Origin: Clostridia bacterium
GTDB lineage: Bacteria; Bacillota; Clostridia; Oscillospirales; CAG-272
Reading direction: 5' to 3'
Assembly (NCBI GenBank): GCA_017621085.1
Contig: JAGATW010000028.1
Span: 4,107-68,106 of the forward strand
DNA: 64,000 bases
The translations under genes were made by a program, and so were the position numbers. Of this stretch, positions 37,326-46,928 are shown one piece after another. The notes under the pieces were generated by a model. That model ran no database searches. It was not told the origin of the DNA and was given only the letters and a program-made list of their open reading frames with translations. The number at the start of each line of letters is the position of its first letter. The stretch's first letter is position 1.

Positions 37326-37437
37326 TAAAGAAGACAGGGGACGGAATACAGTGGATGGTGGTGTGTCTTGAACTTCCCAATGCTTGCTCTTTACCATTCT
37401 CTCCGATTTGATTTTTTCGGTTAAAATTTATTATTAA

Positions 37438-37488
37438 TAAAAAGCCCATTGGCATTCTGCAAAAAGCAGCGCCAATGGGCTTTTTTAG
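37438..37488 (-). terminator. Terminator after the DUF523-HAD-HD operon
   Basis: Stem AGCCCATTGGC / GCCAATGGGCT flanked by A and T runs. Confidence 0.7.
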
Positions 37489-37541
37489 TTTTGTTCAAAA
37501 TAAAACCAAAATTTAAAAAATTTGAAGGTATTCGTATGTTT

Positions 37542-38147
37542 TTATTTTCTTTTTGACCTGTCAGTTTCCAAGTAATATGTAGCCTCCATATCGGCAGTTG
37601 ACAATGCAAATGCAAGTGGGAACATTTCAAATGCTTTGCCAACGGAGTTTATGGCGATTGAGCTTTCTACATTGGAAAAGCCCATATGATATCTTATAGC
37701 AAAGGCTTCCTCTCTTGTTAGCTTCATAAATGGGGTTATCATATATACGCTTTTTTCACCGTGACCATACGGTAGAGTGTCATCAAATTCAAAATATGGC
37801 ACCTTTTCCCATTGTCCTTGCTCATTTTTAGCATTACGATAGCTAATTTTATAAACATTCATTTTGCAAAGGTCGTGCAGTAGGGACACAATTGCAATGC
37901 TTTCGTCACTATAATTAAGTCCATACTTCTCCTTTGCAACAGGTCTATTAAGATATTCGCATAAGCAATCATATACATTTAATGAATGCTCACACAAGCC
38001 ACCCTCGTAAGCACTGTGATATCTTGCACTTGCCGGAGCTGTAAAAAAGTCTGATGATGGGGAGCATATAAAATCAAGTAATTTGTCAGCACCCTCTCTT
38101 TTAATTTTTGATTTGAATATTTCTATAAATCTGTCTCTTGCATTCAT
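37542..38147 (-). CDS. HD-domain phosphohydrolase
   Basis: Blocks RYHSAYEGGLCEHSLNV and SLLHDLCK. Confidence 0.7.
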   Translation of the reverse strand: MNARDRFIEIFKSKIKREGADKLLDFICSPSSDFFTAPASARYHSAYEGGLCEHSLNVYDCLCEYLNRPVAKEKYGLNYSDESIAIVSLLHDLCKMNVYKISYRNAKNEQGQWEKVPYFEFDDTLPYGHGEKSVYMITPFMKLTREEAFAIRYHMGFSNVESSIAINSVGKAFEMFPLAFALSTADMEATYYLETDRSKRK

Positions 38148-38160
38148 TTTTATTTCTCCT

Positions 38161-38886
38161 TTATTCTGATAGTAGCTCGTCTATCATATCTGCTATTCTA
38201 TTACATTGGTGCTTTGCAACACTCTTTAATTCATCTACTGCGTTTGATACTGCATAGCCACAAAACTCCTTTACCATAGGTATGTCGTTTACATTATCAC
38301 CTACTGCGTAAATTTCCGGATTTTCAAAAAGACTTGCATACTCATAAATTCCTGTTACCTTTGAGGTATTGGCAGGTGGCATATCAACTGCATTACCGTT
38401 TCTGTGTGCGCTGATTTTATCGCTAAAGTTATTTCTTACATACTCTGCAAATTCCTCAGCTATTTCCTCCTTTGGGAAAAAGCAATTTGCGTGGGTAAAT
38501 TCACTGATTTTTGACAAATCGTGTGGTATTTTGCCAAGAACATCTACAAAGCATTTTGTAAGAACATCGCCTACCGCAAAAAAGCCTGCATTAAGCTCTA
38601 AGGCTTTTTTTATCATAATATCAAAAAAGGAATCAACCTTGCCCTTTTTAACATATAAAACGTCGCCCTCTCCGTTTTTAATAAATGCTCCTGTACAACA
38701 AATAAGAAAGTCAAACTCAAAGCCATTTTCCTGTCTTATCCATGTTGCAAGCTCAACATCTCTTCCTGTTACAATACCAAATTTGTGTCCTGCCTTACGG
38801 AAGCGCCTTATTGCTTCCTTATCACTATCACTTATTTTTCCTTGATAGTTTATTGTTCCATCATAATCACTTGCAATTATTTTCAT
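38161..38886 (-). CDS. HAD-superfamily (Cof-type) phosphatase
   Basis: Motif I IASDYDGTI and motif IV VGDNVNDIPM. Confidence 0.75.
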   Translation of the reverse strand: MKIIASDYDGTINYQGKISDSDKEAIRRFRKAGHKFGIVTGRDVELATWIRQENGFEFDFLICCTGAFIKNGEGDVLYVKKGKVDSFFDIMIKKALELNAGFFAVGDVLTKCFVDVLGKIPHDLSKISEFTHANCFFPKEEIAEEFAEYVRNNFSDKISAHRNGNAVDMPPANTSKVTGIYEYASLFENPEIYAVGDNVNDIPMVKEFCGYAVSNAVDELKSVAKHQCNRIADMIDELLSE

Positions 38887-39317
38887 AGGTCAATGCCTTC
38901 TATTTCCCTTTCATCTAATACGACTATTCCGTTTTTAATTAAAAGATTTGCACAAATTCCATTGCCCTTTGTTAAGGTTTTAGAATATGTACCATCATAA
39001 ACAAATCCCTTTCCACAGGACGGGCTACGAGCCTTTAAAACAGCAAGGTCACATTGATTTTCAATTGCTAAATTCAAGGCTATTTGCGCTCCCTTATTAT
39101 ATTCAAGGGTAACATCTGTTCCATTTTCCATTAACACTCTGTCCCCTACAATTTCGCTTGGGCAACGAGGGGTAGGAAGTCCTCCCATAACCTCAGGGCA
39201 TATGGGAATTATGTTGTGCCCCTTGAGCTTATTTATTACTGCCTCATTAGGCTTTGAGCATCCGTCATATCTGCACCTTTCACCTAACAAGCACGCGCTT
39301 ACTAAAACATTTTTCAT
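38883..39317 (-). CDS. DUF523 protein (TudS-like Fe-S desulfurase family)
   Basis: Blocks LVSACLLGERCRYDG, ICPEVMGGLPTPR and ARSPSCG. ATGA overlap with the HAD gene. Confidence 0.7.
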   Translation of the reverse strand: MKNVLVSACLLGERCRYDGCSKPNEAVINKLKGHNIIPICPEVMGGLPTPRCPSEIVGDRVLMENGTDVTLEYNKGAQIALNLAIENQCDLAVLKARSPSCGKGFVYDGTYSKTLTKGNGICANLLIKNGIVVLDEREIEGIDL

Positions 39318-39448
39318 TTTTTAGCTCCTTTTTATTATTTTACCATATATACATAATTTTTTCAAGGCTTTAGTTGGTAGCTTGTTGACTTTTTGTGCAT
39401 ATTATGATAACATATACATGTAATCTTACATAGGTAAGGAGTGATATT

Positions 39449-40093
39449 ATGATTGAACAGCTATATATGCTTCTTGACATTGCTTTAGCCGGTTTTCTTG
39501 GCTTTTTAATCGGTCTTGAAAGAAAGCTTAAAATGAAGGAGGCAGGAATACGCACACATACTATTGTGTGTATTGGCTCTGCTCTTTTGATGGTTATAAG
39601 TAAATATGGCTTTACTGCTGAGGCTGACAGTGCAAGAATTGCAGCGCAAATAGTTTCCGGTATCGGTTTTTTGGGTGCAGGTATAATTGTGTATAGACAG
39701 CACGAGGTAAAGGGTCTTACTACTGCTGCGGGTATTTGGGCATCTGCCGGTGTTGGTATGGCTTGCGGTGCTTCTATGTATGTAATTGCTGTTGGTGCAA
39801 CTGTTATTTTAATTGGCTCACAAGTTGTTTTTAGGTTGAAAATTCCACCTTTTAGAAGCAAGAAGTCCTTTTCCGTTAAAATCAGGTTTAGACAGGAAAA
39901 TGAAGCCAACAAGCGCATTAAGGAAATTTTTGGTGTTGATAGATTTAATCATTTAATTATTGAGCGTCAGGGTGAGGATATTATTTATAGCGCTATGCTT
40001 AATACCGTTAAGGAGCTTTCCTCCACACAATTAAACAACATAATTTGCTCAAATGATTTTATCTATTCTATTGAAAGATGCGATAACGATTAA
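39449..40093 (+). CDS. mgtC: MgtC/SapB-family membrane protein
   Basis: Blocks GLERKLKMKEAGIRTHTIVCIGSAL, GIGFLGAG and TAAGIWASAGVGMACG. Confidence 0.75.
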   Translation: MIEQLYMLLDIALAGFLGFLIGLERKLKMKEAGIRTHTIVCIGSALLMVISKYGFTAEADSARIAAQIVSGIGFLGAGIIVYRQHEVKGLTTAAGIWASAGVGMACGASMYVIAVGATVILIGSQVVFRLKIPPFRSKKSFSVKIRFRQENEANKRIKEIFGVDRFNHLIIERQGEDIIYSAMLNTVKELSSTQLNNIICSNDFIYSIERCDND

Positions 40094-40096
40094 CAT

Positions 40097-40135
40097 AAAA
40101 AAGAAGAAGTTCGTTTACGAACTTCTTCTTTTTTA
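40097..40135. terminator. Bidirectional terminator (mgtC / Nudix)
   Basis: AAAAAAGAAGAAGTTCG-ttta-CGAACTTCTTCTTTTTT. Confidence 0.8.
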
Positions 40136-40136
40136 T

Positions 40137-40604
40137 TCATTTAACTAATTTACCATTGAGATAATAGTCTGTAAGTGTTTCTCCCTTATAGTTAAGCTTT
40201 AGTGAAAAGAAGTCCTTTTCTGTTTCTAACAATTTAAGAAAAATCAAATCTCCACTCCACATATTTAAGGATGAAATATCTTTCTTGTCTATCCATTTAA
40301 GATTGCCTTCGTTACAATCTATTAATGTGCCTGTAAATTCCTTACAGGTGAACAAGTGCATTTGCTCCGTTTCATATTTATCTGAATTAAAGGTCACAAC
40401 GGCTCTATACTGTGGGGAAATCAGAGTTAGTCCTGTTTCCTCCCATGCCTCACGAATGGCACAATCGTATGGACTTTCTCCCTCTTCAAAATGACCACCT
40501 ATTCCCATCCATTTTCCTTGGCTTCCGTCATTTTTCAGATTTGAACGCTGAAGCATTAAGTATTTATTATCCTTTTCTATGTAGCATAATGTTGTGTCTT
40601 TCAT
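40137..40604 (-). CDS. Nudix hydrolase (MutT-like)
   Basis: Nudix box GIGGHFEEGESPYDCAIREAWEETGL. Confidence 0.8.
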   Translation of the reverse strand: MKDTTLCYIEKDNKYLMLQRSNLKNDGSQGKWMGIGGHFEEGESPYDCAIREAWEETGLTLISPQYRAVVTFNSDKYETEQMHLFTCKEFTGTLIDCNEGNLKWIDKKDISSLNMWSGDLIFLKLLETEKDFFSLKLNYKGETLTDYYLNGKLVK

Positions 40605-40622
40605 TTTTATTCTCCATTTATT

Positions 40623-40658
40623 AAAGCAGTAGCCGTTTTAAAGGCTACTGCTTTTATT
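40623..40658 (-). terminator. Terminator after the LRR protein gene
   Basis: Stem AAAGCAGTAGCC / GGCTACTGCTTT. Confidence 0.7.
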
Positions 40659-43553
40659 TTACACTTGAGGGATATTTACAAGCTCATTATAAGATGCGCC
40701 TGTAATGCCAACTGTTGCTTCGCCATTTGAAATATAATTAATTGATGTGCCATCAAAGAGATATGCACACATAATTATTTTTGTATCGCTTGTTTTCTCG
40801 TTAAAGCCTTTTATTTTTATTTCAACTACACTTATTAAATTTCCAACAGGTATTTGAACAATGCCCTCATCAATTATTAATTCTCCATTCTTAAAGGAAA
40901 GTGGGTATTGTGTTTCATTAGTTGGATTTGCAAGCACGATAAAGCCATATGTAAGCTTATCGTTTACAGATTCACACAAGCTATATACGCCTAAGTTGAT
41001 TACATAGCCTTGAACCATACTTGCTTCGTTAAATTCGCTAACTGAATAACCAAGTGATTTTATCATTGGTTCAATCGCTTCCTCATAATAACCATTGTTA
41101 TCACATCTCATACAGTCGTATCTTGCGATGCCGTTTTCTAAATATCCATTTAGATATACTACATCTACAAGAGTACCCTTTAAATGTCCAAGAGCCGGAA
41201 GAACGGTTGTTTCAATTGTTCCCTCTGTAAAGGTTTCACTATTTGTTAAGGTGCCAACAAAGGTCTTATAGGTTGCAAATGATGCGGTTGAGCCACATGG
41301 ACAGTCTGTTATATAGCCAAAGCTACCATCCTTAGTACAGGTTGCATCCTCCATACCCTGCTCGTACTTATGTGGAATATCATACACAATTGTATATGCA
41401 GGATAGTCAATTCCACCCTTTGTTGTTGCGTTACAGCCATTAAAGGCATTTCCGTTAGTTATGGGAGCATTTGTGTAAATGGTAATACCGTGACATTGAT
41501 AGAAGGTATTGTTTGGCAAGGAAAGCTCCTCTGAGTGAATATATACCTCAACAGGCTTTTCACCACCATTCTCAACGCAGAAGGTATATTCCATTGACAT
41601 TGATGTAACCTCCATCAATACAATCTTCTGCATTTTTTGACAGTAGTCAAACGGCTTACCCATTAATGTTTTTATTCCTCTACCAACATACAGATATTCT
41701 ACTGCACAATCATAAAATGCAGCTTCATTACGGAAAATTGGCTCAGAATAATCAGGGAAAATAAGCTCCTTGATTTGTGTTCTTCTAAAGCAATTGTGTC
41801 CAAAATCGTATTTACTGAATGCGCTGAGCTTTAATTCTGTTAAGGATTTCTTTTCATTAAAGCAGCTTGCCTTAAATACAACATCTGCACCCTCAACCTC
41901 AGAGCGAATTGCCTGTATTACATTGTTAGAGCAGGATGATGCAAATTCAACCTTTGCTTTACCAATATTAATCTCTGTTATGCCTGTATATTTTGAAAAG
42001 CTTTCTATTATTACGTTGGCATTATTCTTTATATTTAATACCTTAAGAGTGCTATTGCTTTCACTAAAGTTGATTTTTGAAATACCAACAGGAATTTCAA
42101 TTGCTACTATACTTGCTACATCATATACATCAAATGATTTCAAGCCCGTTAATGTATATATTTTTGCACCCATAGTTTCAATACTGTCAAGCTTTAAAAC
42201 ATCTGAAACAAGTACTGTTACCACCTTTTCATAAGCATCACCGGTATTTGGGTCATTAATGCTTACCGTTACATTGATTTCAAGATTTGTTGGGTCAAAG
42301 GAATAGCTTTGGTCCATTTCCTTTGAGCATACTTCACATTTATAGCTCTTTGTACCGGGAGTTGTTTCTGTTGCAGGAATATGGTTAATAAGCTCCCAAA
42401 TATGCTCAGCAAGCGCGCCTGTGCGTATTGCAAAGCTTTCACCGCAAAGTGGGCAAATATAGCTTGAGGTTTTAAGGTTTACACAGGATGCATTCAAAAC
42501 GTTTATATCAAAGCCATGCTGACAAGAATCATTAGTTATAACGTCATATTTAACATCATCAATTGTAACACTTGTAATAGCCTTGCCTTCCCCGGCTGAG
42601 GACAATACAACTAAGCCACCATTTGTAAAGTTAGCACCATTTTCTACTGTTACTACATATTTATCAGCTGCACCATTATTCCAATATTCAATTGAATTAG
42701 CTCCGTCGGGCAATAAAAATGTACCATTACCGATTGTAAGATTTACAGTAGCTGCTTCACCTACGCTATTAAAATGCATTAATTTGTCTGCAACCTCAAT
42801 TTTCATTGGGTCAATTACAGCATTCAGAATTTCATCAAGAACACCATTAACACTTAATAGACGATTGCATTTTACAGTTCCGTGTACTTCAAACACAACC
42901 GGCTCAGTAATCCAACCACTTTCTAAGCGATTTGAAAAGTTGCAAAGGTTACCGGGTGTTTCGACAGTCACATTCTTACCTAATACAAAGCCAACCTTTC
43001 TGTCATCATAGCCGTGAATTTCTGTATTGAACAGGTGGCCTGAGCCTGTGTGAATAATACTACCCTCACCGACGATAAAAAGACCTGCTCTTCTCTGTGA
43101 AAATACATTCTTTGCACCGGAGATAATACTGTGACCATTTAGGTCAACGAAAAGTCTACCACCGTCGTTTATGCTAATTGTTGATTCAAGCACTAAGTCT
43201 TCTTGTAGTTGGATATACTGCCATCCCCATTGGCTACTGGTAGAGTTAATGTTTAAATTTGTGGAATAGTGTCCACTAAACTGATGGATATCTGTATCCT
43301 TAGTAACTGTGATAGTTTCACCCATTGCAAAAATATCGCCCTCATAGGTAAACCAATTAGTTACTTCGTTACCTGCGCCTGAATATGGAGTATCACGAAG
43401 AGTGATTGTACCTGTTTCATCTGTTTGAACTGTATCCTTTTTAGTGCCACCATCCCAATATGTTATATTGTACACCTCAGCTGAAATGCATATTGCCATC
43501 AAGCATACAAGAGCAAGTGACATTAAAAGAGAAAATAAAAGCTTTCTTTTCAT
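40659..43553 (-). CDS. Secreted 964-aa BspA-type leucine-rich-repeat surface protein with Cys/His modules
   Basis: Signal peptide MKRKLLFSLLMSLALVCLMAICISA. The central region has BspA-like repeats (FASSCSNNVIQAI.., FKASCFNEKKSLTELKL.., FGHNCFRRTQIKELIFPD.., EAAFYDCAVEYLYVG). Cys/His modules include CPLCGESFAIRTGALAEHIW...YKCEVCSKE. Confidence 0.7.
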   Translation of the reverse strand: MKRKLLFSLLMSLALVCLMAICISAEVYNITYWDGGTKKDTVQTDETGTITLRDTPYSGAGNEVTNWFTYEGDIFAMGETITVTKDTDIHQFSGHYSTNLNINSTSSQWGWQYIQLQEDLVLESTISINDGGRLFVDLNGHSIISGAKNVFSQRRAGLFIVGEGSIIHTGSGHLFNTEIHGYDDRKVGFVLGKNVTVETPGNLCNFSNRLESGWITEPVVFEVHGTVKCNRLLSVNGVLDEILNAVIDPMKIEVADKLMHFNSVGEAATVNLTIGNGTFLLPDGANSIEYWNNGAADKYVVTVENGANFTNGGLVVLSSAGEGKAITSVTIDDVKYDVITNDSCQHGFDINVLNASCVNLKTSSYICPLCGESFAIRTGALAEHIWELINHIPATETTPGTKSYKCEVCSKEMDQSYSFDPTNLEINVTVSINDPNTGDAYEKVVTVLVSDVLKLDSIETMGAKIYTLTGLKSFDVYDVASIVAIEIPVGISKINFSESNSTLKVLNIKNNANVIIESFSKYTGITEINIGKAKVEFASSCSNNVIQAIRSEVEGADVVFKASCFNEKKSLTELKLSAFSKYDFGHNCFRRTQIKELIFPDYSEPIFRNEAAFYDCAVEYLYVGRGIKTLMGKPFDYCQKMQKIVLMEVTSMSMEYTFCVENGGEKPVEVYIHSEELSLPNNTFYQCHGITIYTNAPITNGNAFNGCNATTKGGIDYPAYTIVYDIPHKYEQGMEDATCTKDGSFGYITDCPCGSTASFATYKTFVGTLTNSETFTEGTIETTVLPALGHLKGTLVDVVYLNGYLENGIARYDCMRCDNNGYYEEAIEPMIKSLGYSVSEFNEASMVQGYVINLGVYSLCESVNDKLTYGFIVLANPTNETQYPLSFKNGELIIDEGIVQIPVGNLISVVEIKIKGFNEKTSDTKIIMCAYLFDGTSINYISNGEATVGITGASYNELVNIPQV

Positions 43554-43698
43554 AGTAAATCTCCTTTCACATTTTTACATTTATAGTATATCACTTATTT
43601 ACTTGTAAGTCAACTTATTTTATGTGCAATTAGCATATTAATTTTCTAAAATATCAAGGTGTTTTGTGCATTTCATCCAACAGGCTTTTAAATTAAAA

Positions 43699-43730
43699 CA
43701 AAAAAAGAAACCCACGATTGTGGGTTTCCC
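43699..43730 (-). terminator. Terminator ending the copy-B MoxR/vWA/lipoprotein operon
   Basis: Stem GAAACCCAC-gatt-GTGGGTTTC, followed on the minus strand by T7. Confidence 0.8.
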
Positions 43731-43742
43731 TTTTATAATCAA

Positions 43743-46700
43743 TTAATACTGAATTTGAGAAAATACAAGGTCGCCAAATGAGTCTACCATTACAATGCTA
43801 CCGTCTTCGTAGTTTGTAAGAATTTGCTCAAGAGGAATACCTGCATTTACATCCTTTGAATCTTCCTCGTTAATATCAAATACGATTGTGTTTGATTCAA
43901 CTGTATATGTACCAACAAGCTCGAATGCATAGGATGTATCATAGAGATAGAATGCTGTTTCAGACTGGAACTCAAGAATCATCATATAGTCGCCATACTG
44001 CCATGCTGTGCCAGCTAATTCAGCTGCTGTGATGCCTGCGTTTTCTTCGTCATCAGAGCCTGTAGCCTCGTCAACTGTGATTGTGAACACCCACATATCT
44101 GGCATTACAAAGTTAACCCAGTACTCACCAGCAAGACCTTCGCTATCATCCTGCTTAGTTGCAACATTAAATACTCCACCTGAGGTCTTAGCAGCAAATG
44201 TTAAGTTGCCATTAGCATCAAAAGCAAGCTGAACGTCTGATGTTTCAACGCCATCCTTGTAAATTGTGAATACGCCATTTGCATATTCAAATGTGTACTG
44301 ACCATCAACGTCATTTCTACCATTGTTGTTATCAACAACGTCGATTGTACCTGTTATAGCAGATGGTTCTTCAGGAGCTACTGTTGCACCTGTGATTTCG
44401 ATTACGTACATTTCCGGCATAGGACCATTTACGCTGTACTTACCAACAAAATCTCCGTCGCTGCCATCAGTCTTCTCCATTGCTATAGGATTACGAAGAC
44501 CTGGACACTGGAACTGGTAGCCACCACCTAAACCAATAGAAATGATAATTGCATTTGTTTCCTCGCCATCCTTGTAAACAACAACTGTGCCATCATCTAA
44601 TAATACATAGTCATATGTACCGCTGTCTCTACCGTTATAAATGTTGTCAGTTACGATAATTTGACCATCATATTCAACACCAGCTACTTCGTCCGGTGTG
44701 AATACTACTGAATAGTGGTCTTGAGAGCCATAAGGACTATTAAAAATAGCTGTGTATGTACCGCCAAGAGCACCCTCTGCGCCATCTTGTTTTACAAGAG
44801 TAGCAACAACAGGAGATGTACCTACCTGAATTGTGTAGTTACCATCTAAGCCAACACCAATAAAAATGTTGTCAACCACTTCGCCGTCCTTGTAAATTAC
44901 AAATGCGCCATCTTCATTGATTTCATATGTGTATGTGCCATTAAGTGTAGGCTGACCATATGTCAATGCTGTGATTGTCATAGAACCTGTGTTAGCCTCT
45001 TCAACAGGCTCAGATGGAACAACAGGCTCAGCCTTTTCAAGAATGTAATCATTACCGTCTTGAGCGGTGATTACAAGCTCGTAGTTTTCATTTACACTTA
45101 TGCCAAGAGCAACATCGTCGCCACTTACATACTCAAATGCAATAGCACCATCAGCATAAGCATAGCTGAATACGCCAGTTGTAGGTTCGCCACCCATCAT
45201 TGCATTTTGATATGTGATTTCAACTGTACCTGTTGTTTCTGTTTCAGGTGTAAATGTTGCGATAATGTTTTCCATACCCCAATCATTTGTACCCTTGTAG
45301 TAGCCGTTGAGCATTGCAGCTACGTCCGGTGTTTCCAATACGTTAACTGTAAGCTCGCAGGAAAGTGTTTCTATCTTAGTAGATGTAAGCTTAATTGTAT
45401 ATGTGCCAACCTCAGAAGCTGTAAATACCTTAACAGCTTCGCCATCTTCCTCACCGTCTGTGAGTGAAGCTACTGTTTCAGCAATTTCGCCAAGGATTTC
45501 TGCTACATATGAGCCGTCCTCATATTCACCAACAAGAGCTTTAATGCTGATGGACTTGCCAACATACATATTGATTTCGCTCATTTCTTCAAACAACCAG
45601 TCTGATGGGTTATAAACGCCTGCAGAAATAGATGTTGGGTCTTCATAAGGAATTTCAACAGTTGTAACTGTTTCCTCACCATTAACCAAAATTGTTACAG
45701 TGTATGTGCCAGGAGTTGGAAGTGTAAAGAAGTATGAAAGTGTTTCTTCATTGAAGAATGGAAAGAAATATGGTTCTTCTCCATTTTGGTCAACAATCTT
45801 AAACTCGATGTTAGCAAAGTTAAAATCAGCTGTTACTGGAGAAACCTCTGTAAAGAAGAATTCTATAGGCGTACCTGCTTCTACATTTACAACATTTTCA
45901 GAAACGTCATTGCCGTCCTTGTCTGTAATTACATAAGAATCAATTTTAACACTTTCCGGGTCAAATGGGTTTGACTTGTTGTTTGTTGATTGCTCGATGT
46001 CATACTCATATGATGTGCCATATTCGTATGTTGTTTCGATTGCGATGTTAGCATTGGAAATAACGCCCTCTTCGTTAACTGTAAATACAACATTAGCTGT
46101 TGTTGTATCGTTTACTGTTAATGAGAATGTAAAGCTGTTGTTATCAACTGTGCCAACCACTGTACCCTCTTCAGCTGATGCAAGTGCCATATTGTACAAT
46201 GCTTCAATAAATGCTTCTACACCACATACAGCTGTTTCATAATCATCTGCAAAATCAAATGTAAATCTGTAGCCCTTCATTGACTCTTCTGATGTATTCT
46301 CATCAACCTGTGGAGCAAATGGAACCTGTACAAATACGCCAAATACGTCACCGTTCTTGTCGTATGCGTAGAAATACTGGTTAACATACTCATTTACAGC
46401 AATGATTCTTACAAAGTCATCATTGAACTCAGTCCATACAGCGCCGTATGTAGTCATGCCAGAGTAGTTACCTGCAGCAATTGTTGTCATTGTGCTTGTT
46501 ACAAGCTTACCAGCGTTAGCCTTTGCAATCTCAATTGCTTGAGCTACAGAGGTGATTTCCGGAAGCTTGAAGTAACCGCACTTGCAGTTACCAGCAGCAT
46601 CATAGCTGTGAGCCTCTACGCCACTCTTTTCATCACTGTGCTCGCAGGTTGCAGCATAGTAGTGATTTTCTTCGTCGTAGGAGTACTCTGTTGCGAATGT

Positions 46701-46928
46701 GTGTTCATGAACAACAACATCTTCGGTATTATCACCTGTGTTGTCGCCATTGTTTTCGCCGTCTTCGTCATCGTTGTTATTGTTATCATTGTTGACGCTT
46801 CCGGCAGTTGAGCTTGAAGAGCTTGGCTTTGGCTCTTCGCTCTGTTCCTCATCATCACAAGCAACGAAGCAAAGTGTCATTGACAACGCGATGAGAAGAC
46901 ATAGTGCTAAATACAAAAATCTTTTCAT
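43743..46928 (-). CDS. Large surface lipoprotein, 1061 aa (last gene of the copy-B operon)
   Basis: Lipobox LCFVAC, then a D/N/E-rich linker and a His/Cys module (HEHTF...ATCEH...AHSYDAAGNCKCGYF). Beta-rich domains follow, including three internal repeats of about 100 aa (GTYTYEINEDGAFVIYKDGE / GTYDYVLLDDGTVVVYKDGE / GQYTFEYANGVFTIYKDGVE). Confidence 0.85.
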   Translation of the reverse strand: MKRFLYLALCLLIALSMTLCFVACDDEEQSEEPKPSSSSSTAGSVNNDNNNNDDEDGENNGDNTGDNTEDVVVHEHTFATEYSYDEENHYYAATCEHSDEKSGVEAHSYDAAGNCKCGYFKLPEITSVAQAIEIAKANAGKLVTSTMTTIAAGNYSGMTTYGAVWTEFNDDFVRIIAVNEYVNQYFYAYDKNGDVFGVFVQVPFAPQVDENTSEESMKGYRFTFDFADDYETAVCGVEAFIEALYNMALASAEEGTVVGTVDNNSFTFSLTVNDTTTANVVFTVNEEGVISNANIAIETTYEYGTSYEYDIEQSTNNKSNPFDPESVKIDSYVITDKDGNDVSENVVNVEAGTPIEFFFTEVSPVTADFNFANIEFKIVDQNGEEPYFFPFFNEETLSYFFTLPTPGTYTVTILVNGEETVTTVEIPYEDPTSISAGVYNPSDWLFEEMSEINMYVGKSISIKALVGEYEDGSYVAEILGEIAETVASLTDGEEDGEAVKVFTASEVGTYTIKLTSTKIETLSCELTVNVLETPDVAAMLNGYYKGTNDWGMENIIATFTPETETTGTVEITYQNAMMGGEPTTGVFSYAYADGAIAFEYVSGDDVALGISVNENYELVITAQDGNDYILEKAEPVVPSEPVEEANTGSMTITALTYGQPTLNGTYTYEINEDGAFVIYKDGEVVDNIFIGVGLDGNYTIQVGTSPVVATLVKQDGAEGALGGTYTAIFNSPYGSQDHYSVVFTPDEVAGVEYDGQIIVTDNIYNGRDSGTYDYVLLDDGTVVVYKDGEETNAIIISIGLGGGYQFQCPGLRNPIAMEKTDGSDGDFVGKYSVNGPMPEMYVIEITGATVAPEEPSAITGTIDVVDNNNGRNDVDGQYTFEYANGVFTIYKDGVETSDVQLAFDANGNLTFAAKTSGGVFNVATKQDDSEGLAGEYWVNFVMPDMWVFTITVDEATGSDDEENAGITAAELAGTAWQYGDYMMILEFQSETAFYLYDTSYAFELVGTYTVESNTIVFDINEEDSKDVNAGIPLEQILTNYEDGSIVMVDSFGDLVFSQIQY
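44070..44990 (-). repeat. Three diverged internal repeats of about 100 aa in the copy-B large lipoprotein (approximate borders)
   Basis: Recurring pattern G.Y.YE....G.F.IYKDGE......I..G..G.Y......... followed by K.DG..G...G.Y. Confidence 0.6.

Noticed and set aside
37194-37397. 67-aa minus-strand ORF between two terminators
   Set aside because: It reads straight through the terminator hairpin at 37290..37317 and into the end of the convergent gene. The RBS spacing is poor, so it is probably not translated.
39318-39448. Possible Mg2+ (M-box) riboswitch upstream of the MgtC-family gene
   Set aside because: The leader is only about 130 nt including the promoter. It shows none of the extended conserved helices expected for an M-box.
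39370-39918. 182-aa minus-strand ORF
   Set aside because: It overlaps the MgtC-family gene, which has clear family motifs. The antisense product is low-complexity and has no RBS.
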